Assembly: GCF_009914755.1 (NCBI RefSeq)
Contig: NC_060929.1
Reading direction: 5' to 3' (one strand)
Length of the DNA stretch: 64,000 nucleotides
Source: the human T2T-CHM13v2.0 reference genome, Homo sapiens
Under the pieces are notes generated by a model. That model had not been told where the DNA came from. It searched no databases and saw only the letters and a list, made by a program, of their open reading frames with translations. Made by a program: the position numbers and the translations under genes. Shown in pieces: positions 28,321 to 40,745 of the stretch; position 1 is the stretch's first letter; every line of letters starts with the position of its first letter.

Positions 28321-28602
28321 CGCTGAACGCCTGAATGGGCAGCGCGCCAACTTCGCTGCTCCAGGAGGGGGGTGGGGAGGGAGAGGAGGAGGAGGAGGAT
28401 GAGGAGAGAGGGGAGGTGGAAGGCTGTGGTAACGGTGGGCGGAGGCGGGACCATGGCGCATGCTCCGCGACGTCCCGGGCCGCGGGCGGAAGCCCCCGGC
28501 TAACCTCCTTGGGGTTGAGACTGGGTGGGATGGGGGTCGGTGGGGGAAGTTGCATGGGGTGTTATACCCGCCCGGTTACAGGCCGCTGCCCTGTAGCATA
28601 AC

Positions 28603-28615
28603 TGCGCGCGCGCGA

Positions 28616-28659
<44 letters not shown>
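28603..28659 (+). repeat. Compound (GC)n(CA)n microsatellite
   Basis: Direct reading. Confidence 0.95.
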
Positions 28660-28663
<4 letters not shown>

Positions 28664-30756
28664 TCTCAATGAGAAATGTACCCAATCTGCTAGGTGGAAG
28701 GGGTAATTGTGGAGGGGTGAGGTCTTGAGATGATGGTAACTCTGCACTTGTTTAAGTTAAATTGCCAAAGCTTCTCCTCTCAGTAAAAATGTTTGATCTA
28801 TGGCGCTGTCAATTTAAAGTGTTTAAAGAGAAGCAAAAGCATAGATTTTAAGCTGCTTTGCCCAGCACCCATTCATCATGCATCAGAGATTTTAAAGTTT
28901 CATGGTTGCTGTGGTTTAACATCTCAACTCTCTGACACAAGAATCTAGATGGAGGAAATAGCTCTGCAGTCAGAGGCTTATGACTAAAGGAGAAGGATCA
29001 TGGCAAAAAATAAAATGCACAAAATACTCATTTCTGCCCATGCAAAGAAAGGGTGGTCTATTTTAAGGGGACAGGTTATGTTAATAATTATAAATAGAAG
29101 TGGAACCCACTTTTAACCAAAAATTACTGAAACAATGCCACCAATTTCTTTACAGGAGGGAGATGGGAGAAACTAGTTCAAAAGAAACCAAACAAAATCC
29201 CCAAACACTCCATCTCCTTTCTAATAAATAATGTTTTTCCCCAAGTATTTTGTTGCAGATATCCTGTATTTTCATCAAAACCCATCAAAAAAAGTCATCC
29301 TCTATGATTCTTGAATGTAACATTTTTAGATACTCCCTTAATTTCTGTAGATCTTAGATGCATAAAACCAAGCAAAACAGACTCATAGTGAAGAACATGA
29401 TAATATCTGGCTTTGCAGTTAAGTGCCCCGTAAAACTGCTCTACTTGTGAACATTACTTTTGCTGGGAAAGACTTTCTTATCTACATGGAAGTGGGTAAT
29501 GTGAGTGTCTAACAGGCTATAAATGCTTAAGTGCTTTGTTTCACAGTGCATTTTCAGTAAAGGTCAAAATAAATTCATCTTCCTTTAATGCAGTATTTAT
29601 GTTTGTGCAAGGTTTGGAATAAAATCACCATTAAACTTCCATATGAAAAAACGAATAGGAAAATGGGAGCTGTGTCTTTGGTTCAGTCTTTTGTGGATGG
29701 AAAGGTATCATTTGAGGATGGAAACAAATAGAAGAAAACCAGTCAGTCACTTAAGACAGAATTTGAACAATGCAAAGATATTATTTTACTAATATTTAAA
29801 GTGAATTAAATAGGTGTTTTTCCATTTTAATTTAAATATTCTTGAGAACAGTAAAAGACAGATGACCACGGTGTCCAACGTTCGGAAAATAGGGGCAACA
29901 ACATCCTTGCCCATATCACAGTATTTTGATAAAAGATCCAACAAGAATATTGGGTATTAAGTCTCCTACTATTATACTGTTGTTGGTGGCAGCATCATCA
30001 TGATCACTATTGTTATAAGTAGCAGTAGTAGTATTATTGTGACATTAGTATTAAGATAACATGTAAAGAAGGATCTTGAGGGCAGAGTTGAAAATTAGCC
30101 CAGACCTCCTTCGATTACAGCATGAAAAGGAGCAGGTCATTCACATCTTTTTCTAGCTTGCACACGTGATCAGTGATCACCATGAGTAGAATAATCTTCA
30201 AATACAAAGGATAATAGTTCATTCTCTTCTTCATTTAACAACACGTCATGTTAAATTTGGGGGATATAGATATTATTTATTTAACCTGTTCAAGAAGTCA
30301 TGAAGCACCACTTAAGTGCTGAAATTTAAGGCCACCTCTAATCACTGGGGTGAATAAGGAACACAAAAGAAGATTAAATTGAAGATGCAGGATCTGCCTC
30401 AAGCTTAGGACCAGGACACAGTATTAATTTTTGCACCTTTTTTGTGAGTTCATTTTTAAAAAGAAACTTAAACAAAGAGGACTTTTGTGCAAGCATTAAG
30501 CTTTCAATGTTACCCTACACCTATTTTGGTTTTTCCTTTATATAAATATATCTGTAAGTTTTTTGTTGTGCTTATTATGAACAGGACAGTATTCCCACTG
30601 CAAAAGCTTTCTCGGAATGGTCTAAAATGTTAATCCTTTTGGTACTCACATGACCTAAACCTCCACAGTAAAAACGTTGGTGAAAATCAAGATTGGGGGG
30701 AAAAAAAGAAAAAAACCTACCACTCCAGTTCCTTTAAATCAGAACATTGTTTTCTT

Positions 30757-31079
30757 GGCCAGGCATGATGGCTCACATCTGTAATCCCAGCACTTTGGGA
30801 GGCCGAGGTGGGCAGATCACTTGAGGTCAGGAGTTCAGGAGCAGCCTGGCCAACATGGCAAAAACCATCTCTACTAAAAATACAAAAATTAGCCGGGTGT
30901 GGTGGTGCACACCTGTAATTCCACCTACTCAGGAAGCTGAGGTGGGAAAATCGCTTGAGCCCAGGGGGCAGAGGTTGCAGTGAGATCGAGCCACTGCACT
31001 CCAACCTGGGCGACAGAGTGAGACTCTGTCTCAAAAAAAAAAAAGAAAAAAGAAAAAAAAAGAAAGAAAAAGAAAAAAA
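30757..31079 (+). mobile_element. Alu (Jb/Sz-like)
   Basis: Full dimer with long A-rich tail. Confidence 0.93.
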
Positions 31080-31679
31080 TGTTGTTGTGGGGTTTTTGTG
31101 TGTGTGTGTTTCCTACCCCCACCTCCCACCCTCAACCCCCAGGAAACATTTGTCGCCATCATTGTATATAGCTCAAGACCAATTTGTAAGGTTTAGGGCT
31201 GGAAATATGATCATTTACTAAGTATTGGATCTAATTAAATCCACAGAGAAGAAGATTCCGGTGGTTTGTGAGACTGCAGGAAATGGTTGTCCTCCCCAGG
31301 CCAGTCCCCACCCCAAGATCAAACATAGCCTTTCATCCCTGGAGAAAGTCAGATTCCCTGCAGTTTGTGGGCTTCCTCTCAGCAGAGGAGAAGCTTGTAG
31401 GAAACAAAGCCATAGCAATCCCTCTACAGGAACCCTTTCCTTGGTTCCTTACTCTGAACATTTTGGGCTGAAGCCTTCATGTGTGGGCTCCCCTTCTCAT
31501 CTGTTTTTTTCAGAAAAATGTATGCTGAAAAAGTCTTCACACTACAAAAACTGCTGGAAAGTGATGAGATAACAAAACCTCCTAACTTGGGTTTATCCAG
31601 CAAAATTTTTTTAGGATTTTCATTTTAATAGGTTATTCTTATAGATTTTCTTGTATTGCCTCTCTTTCTGTCTCTCCTT

Positions 31680-32090
31680 TTCAATCACCAACTATTCCAT
31701 CGAGGCCATCATCATTTTTCACTTGGATTATCACAGTAGTCTCCTAAACTATCTGCTCTGGCTCTAGTCTCTTGCCTAATCAGTTCATTCTGCCTGGGGC
31801 AGACGAGCTAATGTTAATATTACCCTGCTCTCATCAAATTCGTCTTGTATGCTAAATACACCAACATCTCACCCTTTCATAGAGAATAAAGTCCAAACTC
31901 TATGAACCTGTTTTCAAGTCTTTCAATAATCTGGCTCATCTTCATGTCCAAACTTATCTCCCACTGCTCACCCACTGAGCCCTGTATTCCAGCAAGATTT
32001 GTTTCAGAACACCCCCCTGCATACTTTAATCACAGTTTGCACCAGGAACACCCTCCTGTCTTGTTTGCCTGTTTCCTATAGGTCATTTAA
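31680..32090 (+). mobile_element. L2 fragment
   Basis: 'ggccatcatcatttttcacttggattatcacagtagtctcctaaac', 'agaataaagtccaaactc'. Confidence 0.65.
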
Positions 32091-32111
32091 GAGGTAGCCT
32101 ATCCCCTTTAT

Positions 32112-32368
32112 CATATAGGTGGGAATTGAACAATAAGAACACCTGGACACAGGAGGGGGAACATCACACACCGGGGCCTGTTGTGGGGTGGGGGGAGTGG
32201 TGCGGGATAGCATTAGGAGATATACCTAACGTAAATGACGAGTTAATGGGTGCAGCACACCAACATGGCACATGTATTCATATGTAACAAACCTTCACAT
32301 TGTGCACATGTACCCAAGAACCTAAAGTATAATTAAAAAATATATATATATATAAAAGAAAAAAAAAA
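32112..32368 (+). mobile_element. 5'-truncated L1PA (PA4/PA5-like) 3' end
   Basis: 'ataggtgggaattgaacaat...gtaaatgacgagttaatgggtgcagcacaccaacatggcacatg...aaagtataat' plus A-tail; TSD aagaggtagcc at 32089-32099 and 32367-32377, at a TTT/AAGA endonuclease-type site. Confidence 0.93.
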
Positions 32369-32419
32369 GAGGTAGCCAACCCCTGCCCCCAACACCACCA
32401 CCCTCTGCCAATGAATTTG

Positions 32420-32600
32420 CTCATTCATTCTTTCTTTCATTCAATGAACATTTATCGAATGTGCCAGGCACTATCCATATGCAAATTGCGGGGGAGACAG
32501 AGATGAAGAGACCAAGTCCCATGTCCTCAATGGAGATAACATCATGTAGTAGGCAAATAACAACAATGCCATGTACTAAAAATCCTATGACTAGGACACA
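32420..32600 (-). mobile_element. L2 3' end
   Basis: 'tcattcattc...ttcaatgaacatttatcgaatgtgccaggcact'. Confidence 0.7.
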
Positions 32601-33111
32601 GACAATGTACAATGAGAATGTCCCAGTCCTTTCATTGCTTTCCATTCTAAGTTCCCCTCTTAAATTAAACCCATCATGCCCACGGAAGCTCACCCTACAT
32701 TGCCTCGTACTATTGGTAAGTTCCTCAAGAATAAAGGACTGTCTCCTTTTGTGTCCCTCAAAACCCCCAGTACCAAGCTTTGGAACATAGATATTGATTG
32801 ATTGATAAGTGGGCATGGTTGTAGTGATATAATTGTCACTTTCAGTTATATGAGTCAAACCTGGTTGTTCTGTAGGGTGGAGGGACCACCATGAAAAACA
32901 GTGGTGGCCTCTTTTAGTCACACTGTAATGGCCTGGTTTTCCTAGCATCTGACACTCTTTGGGTAAGGCTACAAATGGGCACCCAGAATTGTGAACATAA
33001 CTTTATTCATGGTGGCTTATCCCAAATGTTTTAGATTGTATAATAAAGAGCTAAAGAGTAGTAAGTAAATAAAGATAATTTAATTAATTTACAAAGACCA
33101 CTCAATTACTG

Positions 33112-33346
33112 TTTTTTTGTTTGTTTGTTTGTTTGTTTGTTTGTTTGTTTGTTTTGAGACAGGGTCTTGCTTATCACCCAGGCTGGAGTACAGTGGCGTG
33201 ATCTCAGCTCACCACAGCCTTGACCTCTCAGGCTCGAGTGATTCTCCTACCTCAGCTTCCCCAAATAGCTGGGACCACAGGCGCAAGCCACCACGCTCAG
33301 CTAGTTAAAAAAAAATGCAGAAAGAAGGTCTCACTATTGCCCAGGC
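33112..33346 (-). mobile_element. Truncated AluJ with (TTTG)n tail
   Basis: 'cagcctTGACCTctcaggctcgagtgattctcc' J-type right arm; TSD attactgt. Confidence 0.88.
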
Positions 33347-34325
33347 TATTACTGTCACCTTGATCATGTCCCTAATACCTCCACTACCACTCCAATATCC
33401 CTACTGCCACTGCCATAATTGTTAGTAACAGAAGTTCTTTATCATGGGCCAAATCTGGTGGCATATACCACACACCCCTTATTATTGATGGTAACAGACA
33501 CTGACTTCATAAAGAATGTTACAGGACTCTCTTATAACTCAGTCCAAAGTAGCATTATACTTATGTAAATATAACTGCATATGTAAGTGAGGTGCAACTC
33601 AGCTATGAAAAGGCACAGAATTTTAAAAGTATTAGGCCAGGTTTAAAATCTTCAAACTGTTGACACATGAGCCTTTCGATAAAATCAGGAAATATAATGA
33701 GAAGTATTACAGCATCGCTTATTCAGAATTGGAGTAGTCACATCACAGATAGATCTGCTAGATCTCCATCAAATCATGTTATGCAAGAGGAATCAAAGAG
33801 CCGTTTGTGTCTGTAGCCTCATCAGAAAGACTCCTTGTTAAGAATATGGAATGGGCCAGGTTGTCACTGTCCACGTACCCACCTAGTCAAGGTGGATCTT
33901 AGATTAACAGGCCTTAAAAATCAAATCTAAATTTCCTAGGAAAACTTCCTATTACGCACAGTGGATTAAACAAATGTGTTTGTCTGTGCTCTCTATGGAA
34001 GATTCTCTGAAACGATGGTAAAGTAATAAAGAAGGTACCAATCAAAACAGGCAGACAGCAAGAGAGGAGGTGACAGCAGAGGAGAAGTGCAAGTAAAATT
34101 TTGGAAGCTAGAATGCATAAGTACCAAGAGTAACTGACTTAGCAGACCGCCCAAAACTGAAGCTTCAGCCTCAGTGGGGGAAATTAACAAGGAACAAAGC
34201 AACCCATCTCACAGAAACTCGGAGAGGTTCAAGAACTAGAAATACCGTAGGCGTCTCTAAAGGTGGTAGTGTCAGGAGGGATTGCAAACAAGAGGCTTGG
34301 TCAAAGTCTTTTAAAGACCAATTAC

Positions 34326-34658
<333 letters not shown>

Positions 34659-34699
34659 TCAATCTCTCTATCCCCACAACCACTCAAATTAGATTAGAG

Positions 34700-35600
34700 A
34701 TTTTCCCTTTAGAGATGTTGAACCAGAAGGGATTTGGGGACACAAGTCAAGATAGGGATGAGGCAGAATGTTAGAAACATGGGGAGTGAAGTGAAAATCT
34801 ACATACTGAATGGCGAGTTCTCCAACCCTCCTCCTCCTCTATTTGGCTCTCAGAACACTGGGAGCCAGTGTTTTTACCTCTCAGGAAGGCATCTAGAGGA
34901 TTCTTCTTCCATAAAATTAGCCACAGACTTGACCATCGGAAATCCCCTGAGAAAAATAGCTGGATGCTGTACAGTAAAGCCCACCAGTCAAAAAGGCCAC
35001 CTTGCACGCAGAACTTATTATCAGAATTGTAGTGCTTTGCTTATTTAATTATTCATGTATTTACTTCTTCTAGTGCCTCACTTTTAAATATGATTAGATA
35101 ACCAAAGTCTATCAGACATTTGAGGAAAGCTTCTAATGGAAAAAGTAGAGACAGAAACAAACAGAATAAAAAGGAACTCAGAGAAAACAGACCAGAACAT
35201 AAGCAACTTCAAACAAATCAACAGACAAAGCACAATTATTAGGAGATAGGAGATTGGAGACACTGCTGAAGCCACAAAACCAAAACAGGAGGACATTCCA
35301 AAGAGAACATTCAGAGAGTGAGGCAGAAGAAAAACCTCTGGGAATTTAAAAGTGTAATAGTAGAAGTGAAAGATTCAATAGTAGGGCTGTAAGATAATGC
35401 TGAGGAAGTCTCTGAAGAAATAAATTAAAATGAAATGGAAGGAAAGAAAATTAGAAGACCCAACGAATAGGAATTCTAGTAGACAACAGAGAAAACGAGA
35501 AGAACAATTTCAAATAAATGATACAAGAAAATGTCCTAGAGAAGATGGGCATGTGTTTCCAGGTTAAAACTGGAGCACCATAATTTAAAAAGACTTTTCA
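34700..35600 (+). mobile_element. Old L1/HAL1 5'-ORF1-like fragment
   Basis: A-rich, 'agaacattcagagagtgag...gtaatagtagaagtgaaagattcaatagtagggctgtaagataatgctgaggaagtctct' resembles decayed ORF1 coiled-coil DNA. Confidence 0.5.
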
Positions 35601-35984
35601 GCAACTAAAAAAATTGAAGAGAGCAGGACTGAGGGCTGGTAAGGTATGGGGCAAGCAACTGTGAGTTGTCACTATAGGCCTTGTAGTATAATTTAACATT
35701 TTATACAGCTATGGGTATTACACTGATAGGAACAAAATTTAAACTAAAATGTATATAATTAAATTTTCTAGTGAGAAGGAAACAGACACAGCATTGGGAA
35801 AGAGAAGAAAATATTTAGGATTGTTTAAAAATATAACCTGACATAGGGAACCATTAGCAAAGTCTAGACGCTACCTCTTAGATTTTTGCGCATATTTTCT
35901 ATCATCCTAAGTGCCTGCACTTTGCCTTCAATAAGAGTATGAGATCTGAGTGCCCTGCTCCCAGAATATGATCAGGAGATACTA

Positions 35985-36412
35985 ATTGGAATTGGAATTC
36001 TTAAGACTCCTGGGTTGGAGTCTGTTTGCCACTGATAATTGGGTGACCTCAGGAATGCCCCTAACCTCTCTGGACCACAGTGTCTTTGCATACAAAATTA
36101 GAGGTTGGCCAAGATCAGAAGTCACAAATTGGCAGCCCAGAAATTAAACCTGGCCCACAGACATATTTTATTAGGCACACCAAGTATTTTTAAACATTTT
36201 AAAGTTTGAGATATCTAGCTTTTCTTTAAAATTCAGAAGATCTGGCAACAGTGAACTCATATTCTTGGGAAAAACTCACTGTCACTGATGGGGCATGGAT
36301 TGCCATGTAGCCACAGGCCCCTCTCTAGCTATCACTGCTGGGCCCCACTAGGCATTTGCGTTTGAGAACTCTGGGATAGATGATTGTTTAGGTCCCTTCC
36401 AAGTCTAACATT
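35985..36412 (+). mobile_element. MIR3 interrupted by a MER102-like hAT element (~36116-36374)
   Basis: MIR3 halves 'gccactgataattgggtgacctcagg...aaaattagaggttgg' and 'tagatgattgtttaggtcccttccaagtctaacatt' flank 'cagaagtcacaaattggcagccc...tttgagaactctg'. Confidence 0.65.
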
Positions 36413-36414
36413 TC

Positions 36415-36720
36415 ACTTATTCATTTGATCATTTATTCATTTAGTGAACTTTCTGCATGCTATTACATTAGACACTGGAGACACAAAAATGAATATGACA
36501 GAGTCCTTGCCCTCAATGAGATCAAATTCTTCTTATAGAAGAGTGCTTAAAAATATTTACAACACCGTGAAATATTTGCCAAACAAGGCTCATATCATGT
36601 GCAGTAGGGTCTCAGAGAATGGGTCATTTCAAGGAAGAGATATCAGGAATCTTCTTAGAAGCTGCTAATATTTGAGCTGGTTTTGGAATGCATCAGGTGG
36701 ACAAGAGGACAGCCTAGGCC
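36415..36720 (-). mobile_element. L2 3' end
   Basis: 'ttattcatttagtgaac...actggagacacaaaaatgaatatgacagagtccttgccctcaatgag'. Confidence 0.7.
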
Positions 36721-36849
36721 TGTGCTCAAAACAGTCCATGGACTAGCCCACCACTGCTAGTGATGTATAACATTTTACATAAAAACCTCAGAGACACTAG
36801 AACCCCTGAGAAGAAAGCTCGGGATAAAGTATAACGTAATGGTATGTCA

Positions 36850-37381
36850 ATGTGTTCCTGCCACAGACCACCAGGAACAAATGGATTTGTTGACATATTG
36901 CAAGGAAAGAGAACATGCACCATGAGGAACCATGAGGCAGCTCAGTAATAGGGGTTAGAAAGGACTACTTATAGGACTTAGACTTCAGTTAGGTGATTTG
37001 GAGGAGCGTTCAAGGAAATAGAGGGTTCTGCTGTGCATTGGATTCCATCAGGAAACAAGATAAATCTTTGATTATCTTAACAAATCTTATCTAAAAGATG
37101 GGAAGAATGAAGTGAGGCTAAAGCTGTAATTGGCAAAGCAGCAGCAGTCGCTTCTATTAGCCTGATAAGGGAATGTCTGATCATTTTTGTGGTTTGGACA
37201 ATGTTCTTGTTCTGGTTTGAGATCAGACACGACTATGAAGGGGTCTTGATTTGCCTTATCATGATATTCACAGAGTGGCCTTGTCTGGAGTTCTGTGAAA
37301 GTGTTCAACAGGAGACTACTAAGGCCTAGCTGTGAGGGCCAGGCAGGCTCCTAATGGCAGAGGCAGCTTTTCTGTTTCTCA
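36850..37381 (-). mobile_element. Probable ERV solo LTR (MER90/MER34-like)
   Basis: Antisense start TGAGAAACAGAAAAGCTGCC; 'cctagctgtgagggccaggc' motif. Family uncertain. Confidence 0.4.
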
Positions 37382-38289
37382 GGTCTTAGAGTCTTTGAGA
37401 GCTTCAAAGGCTGGAAAGCCCTCTATCAATTTCTCTCCAATTCCCTGTTTAAGTTTATATTCAGTTCATGCAAGACTTATTTGTCCAATGCTGATGGGCT
37501 CATTTAGAAACTCTGTAAAGCTACTCTCCCTGGAAAACGTGCCTGGTCAGTCCTGACCGTGTCCTGGACCGGGTCTTCATGACCTGGGATCACACAGCCA
37601 GGTCTGCCCAGACCTTTTCTGCTCATTTTCATAGACAAACAACTTGTTTCTGCACAGAGCTGCCCTCTTGTTGTTAGCCTCCTGTAAAAGCATTTTTCAT
37701 CCAAAGATGTTCACATTTACTATCACCCTATGAAATCAAGTACCTCAGAACTGGAAATGACTAACCAGTCTTCCTGTCACCAATTTCTCCTGAGTTCAGT
37801 CCACCTTCTCTGTCACCAGAATCACTGTCCTACATCTCTATTTTAAGGAGTCCCTGCCAGTTCTCTCCTCCTCCTCCTGGAGAGAGAGCGAGCTCATTTA
37901 TTGTACAACCCAACGTCCTTGACAACCCAGCCCCAGCCCACCTCTGTGGTCTCATCTCCCACCGGACTGTTTCCACACACCCAGGAACTTCCCCAGCGGG
38001 ATGCCACTACACTACTCTCTCCTTTGCTTTGCCCGGCCAAGAATTCATCTTCACCGCAGTGTTAGTAACTCCCTTTCCCTTGCTTATTGTACTTATTTTT
38101 CATATATCCAGGACCACATGTGTCTTGTTGGGCTATGATTGTGATCTGTCTCACTCATGGAAGGCACAATGTCCCGGCATCCCCAGTGCCCAGCATGATG
38201 CCTGACAGAGAATACTTCCCGCAAGAATCTATAAAGAAAACCTGTATACAGAGAGGGACCCTTCTACCTCATTCTACAGCAGTAGCCTT

Positions 38290-39000
38290 CGGCCTGTGTT
38301 AAAACACTTCTCCTGATAGGCACATCACTAGCTCCCAAGGTGGCCCATTTTAATTCTCAATAGCTTTGTTAGAAAGTTCTTCCTCATATCAGTCTCAGAT
38401 TTGTCTCTCCCCAAAATCCAATTCCTTTTGAACACTTGAAGTCAGCACTTTTTTTCTTCTTATCTTCTCTTTTCCAGGAGAACACTTGGGTTTTTTCTCT
38501 CCTGGTTATTCCTCTGGACACATTCCACTTTGCTACCATCTTCTTAAAGCATGAGGCCCAGAGCTGGACACAATTTTCCGGACATGGTTTGAGGAGTTTA
38601 GAGTAAAAGAGAACCATCAGCTCCCTCATTTTAATCTAAAATCCCATTTGATTATTTGGCCCCATTGCCATTGAGCTATAGTCAATTCAAAGCCTTAGTC
38701 TTTCAGGATTTTTATGTTTTATAAATGTTGCAGCTAATTCATGTCTCTCTTAACTAGCAAGATTGATTTTTTGGACCCATAGATAGAAGCTTGCATTCAT
38801 CCCAGTTACATTTCATCTTTTGTATTTAGCCCATTATCTTATCCTAAGGACTTTTTGCATCCCAGTTCTCTTCCTGATTGGCATACTCTACAATTTCGGT
38901 GATCATGCTCTTTACACCATCTTCCAAATTAATACAAATGCGAGACAGAATCAAATTAAGCTCAGAGCCCTTATTCTCTTTCCTTCTGCCTTATTTTCTT
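38290..39000 (-). mobile_element. L3/CR1 LINE ORF2 C-terminal fragment
   Basis: ORF 38384-38629(-) 'LMVLFYSKLLKPCPENCVQLWASCFKK' matches the CR1 motif 'LY.ALVRPHLEYCVQFW.P..KK'. Confidence 0.75.
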
Positions 39001-40194
39001 TTTCTTCCTCTCTTACACTCTTTCCTCCCTGCCTTGTTCCAAAAAGTTGCAAGGCTGCTCTCTAGGGCATTATACTACAAAACTCCTAAGATGACACATA
39101 TTCAAATCAGCTCATTTCCAGAGAGCCATGCAACTAGTTATGAATCCAACCAAGGTCCTGGCATCACACACATTGTTTCTGTCATGCCTACAGGATACTG
39201 TACGAGGCAATCCTCCCTAATTCCAGATTTATTAGGCCTATGATAATTCTGTCTTTTGTTTGTTGTGGCTTGTCCTGAAGACCTTGAGGCCAGTTTTCTC
39301 TTCTAGGAGCTCACAATCAATCTTTTTAGTGCTTTGTTCTAGAATCTTCTTTGGAACAAACAAGATCTTCTTTTCACAACCCCAGTGACATTTATATATC
39401 TCCTATTTTCTAAAACATGAAAAATAATGGTATCTGCAGAATATCTGTATGTAGTAGCTCTACAGTGATATTTTCCTAAGGTTTTTGTTTTGTTTCTAAA
39501 AAGAAAGTCTAATTTAATCTAGAAACTCGATAAATTTAAGCCACTTCAAGGGGAGCACACCAAGTGTAGACTTAAGACATTTAATATAATTCAGTGAAGA
39601 TCTCAAGCTTTCTAACCTGCCTAGAGTTGTGTCGGCATTTCTCTTCTTCCTTCCATCCCTACCTGCTATAAGTGAGCTTTAAGGAAGTTACTGAGCACTT
39701 TGGTGAAAGGCTAGTCTAGTTCAGGGATGGAGAATCATAATTGATCCTAATCCGTGATCTTAAGTCAGCTTTTCTGTCGGTGGAATATACTTCAGGATAC
39801 TTAAAATTTGAGCCTGAAGATGCTAATCTAACCCAAACCTATGCCAATGTGTAGAATAATTGGAAAGGAATTGGCTAAGAACGTTTGACTCTCCTCTCCT
39901 GTTCTCAGTAGTCCTCATGGGTTGCTGGCCAGTGGGGAAAGATAAAAGAGCCTCAACAATAACTTGACCTAACCTCAATAGTGCAGGTAGATATTGTGCT
40001 GAAGTAGGAAAGCTTTGTAGAGCTTTGGGTTCAGCAAAAAGGCCTGAAGTACGTCTTTCAAAGTCAGTTCAGACATTACTTTCTATAAGAACATTTTTAG
40101 AACTTTCCCCAGGCTGGGCTGAGCCCCAGAACATCCTGGGCACATCTCTGTCACCGTCTTTACTAAAGCATTTTGAAATGACATTTTTGACATG

Positions 40195-40325
40195 TTGGTC
40201 TGCCCACGCCATACCTTGATTTCTTTGCAGGGTAGGGGCTGTCTTATTCATCCTGGGCTCCTGGAGCCTAGCACTGTGCTTGGCATGAAGCAGGGGTTTG
40301 ACACATATTTACTAAATGTAATGGA
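40195..40325 (+). mobile_element. L2 3' end
   Basis: 'ggggctgtcttattcatc...gcctagcactgtgcttggcatgaagcagggg...catatttactaaatg'. Confidence 0.7.
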
Positions 40326-40584
40326 GTGATTTCTCAAGGCTTTTAAGTTCATAATGTCCACTGTACATTTTGTTCGGCTCTCCCTCTTAATTTTAAAAGG
40401 CCACATGAAATTTAATACATTATTTCGGATTCATGAATACTTTGCTGATTACATTAGTCTTGTTAAAGGAGTCCATTATTCCAGAAATCTTGTTAGAAGA
40501 GAGCTCTTTGTCGCTGCAGAGTTTTCCATGGATTGCTGGAGCTTGAGAGGACGGGGGTGCCTCATACCTTCTGCTCTCTTAGGA

Positions 40585-40745
40585 TTCCAGAATGTTAAGG
40601 AAGAGGAATGCCTTAGACATCATCTCATCAAGTCCCCCAATTTGAGAATGAGAAACTCCAGTTCGGAGATTTTTCCAAAGACACAAGAAGGTGACAGGGT
40701 CAGGATTAGAACCCCAGTCCTGTGAGCCTAAATGCCCATTCCGTG
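40585..40745 (-). mobile_element. MIR3/MIR
   Basis: 'agaatgttaagg...ccttagacatcatct...gaatgagaaactccag...ggattagaaccccagtcc'. Confidence 0.6.

Larger units (their letters stand above)
26300..28620. promoter_or_regulatory. Large CpG island complex
   Basis: Several CpG-dense segments (26320-26620, 26930-27840, 28320-28620) around an AT-rich core; TATAAAA at 26452, ETS site CCGGAAGTG at 27559. Confidence 0.85.

Noticed and set aside
32421-32948. 175 aa minus-strand ORF with hydrophobic stretch
   Set aside because: Its 3' part overlaps an L2 remnant, it has a non-ATG start, and there is no homology I can recognise.
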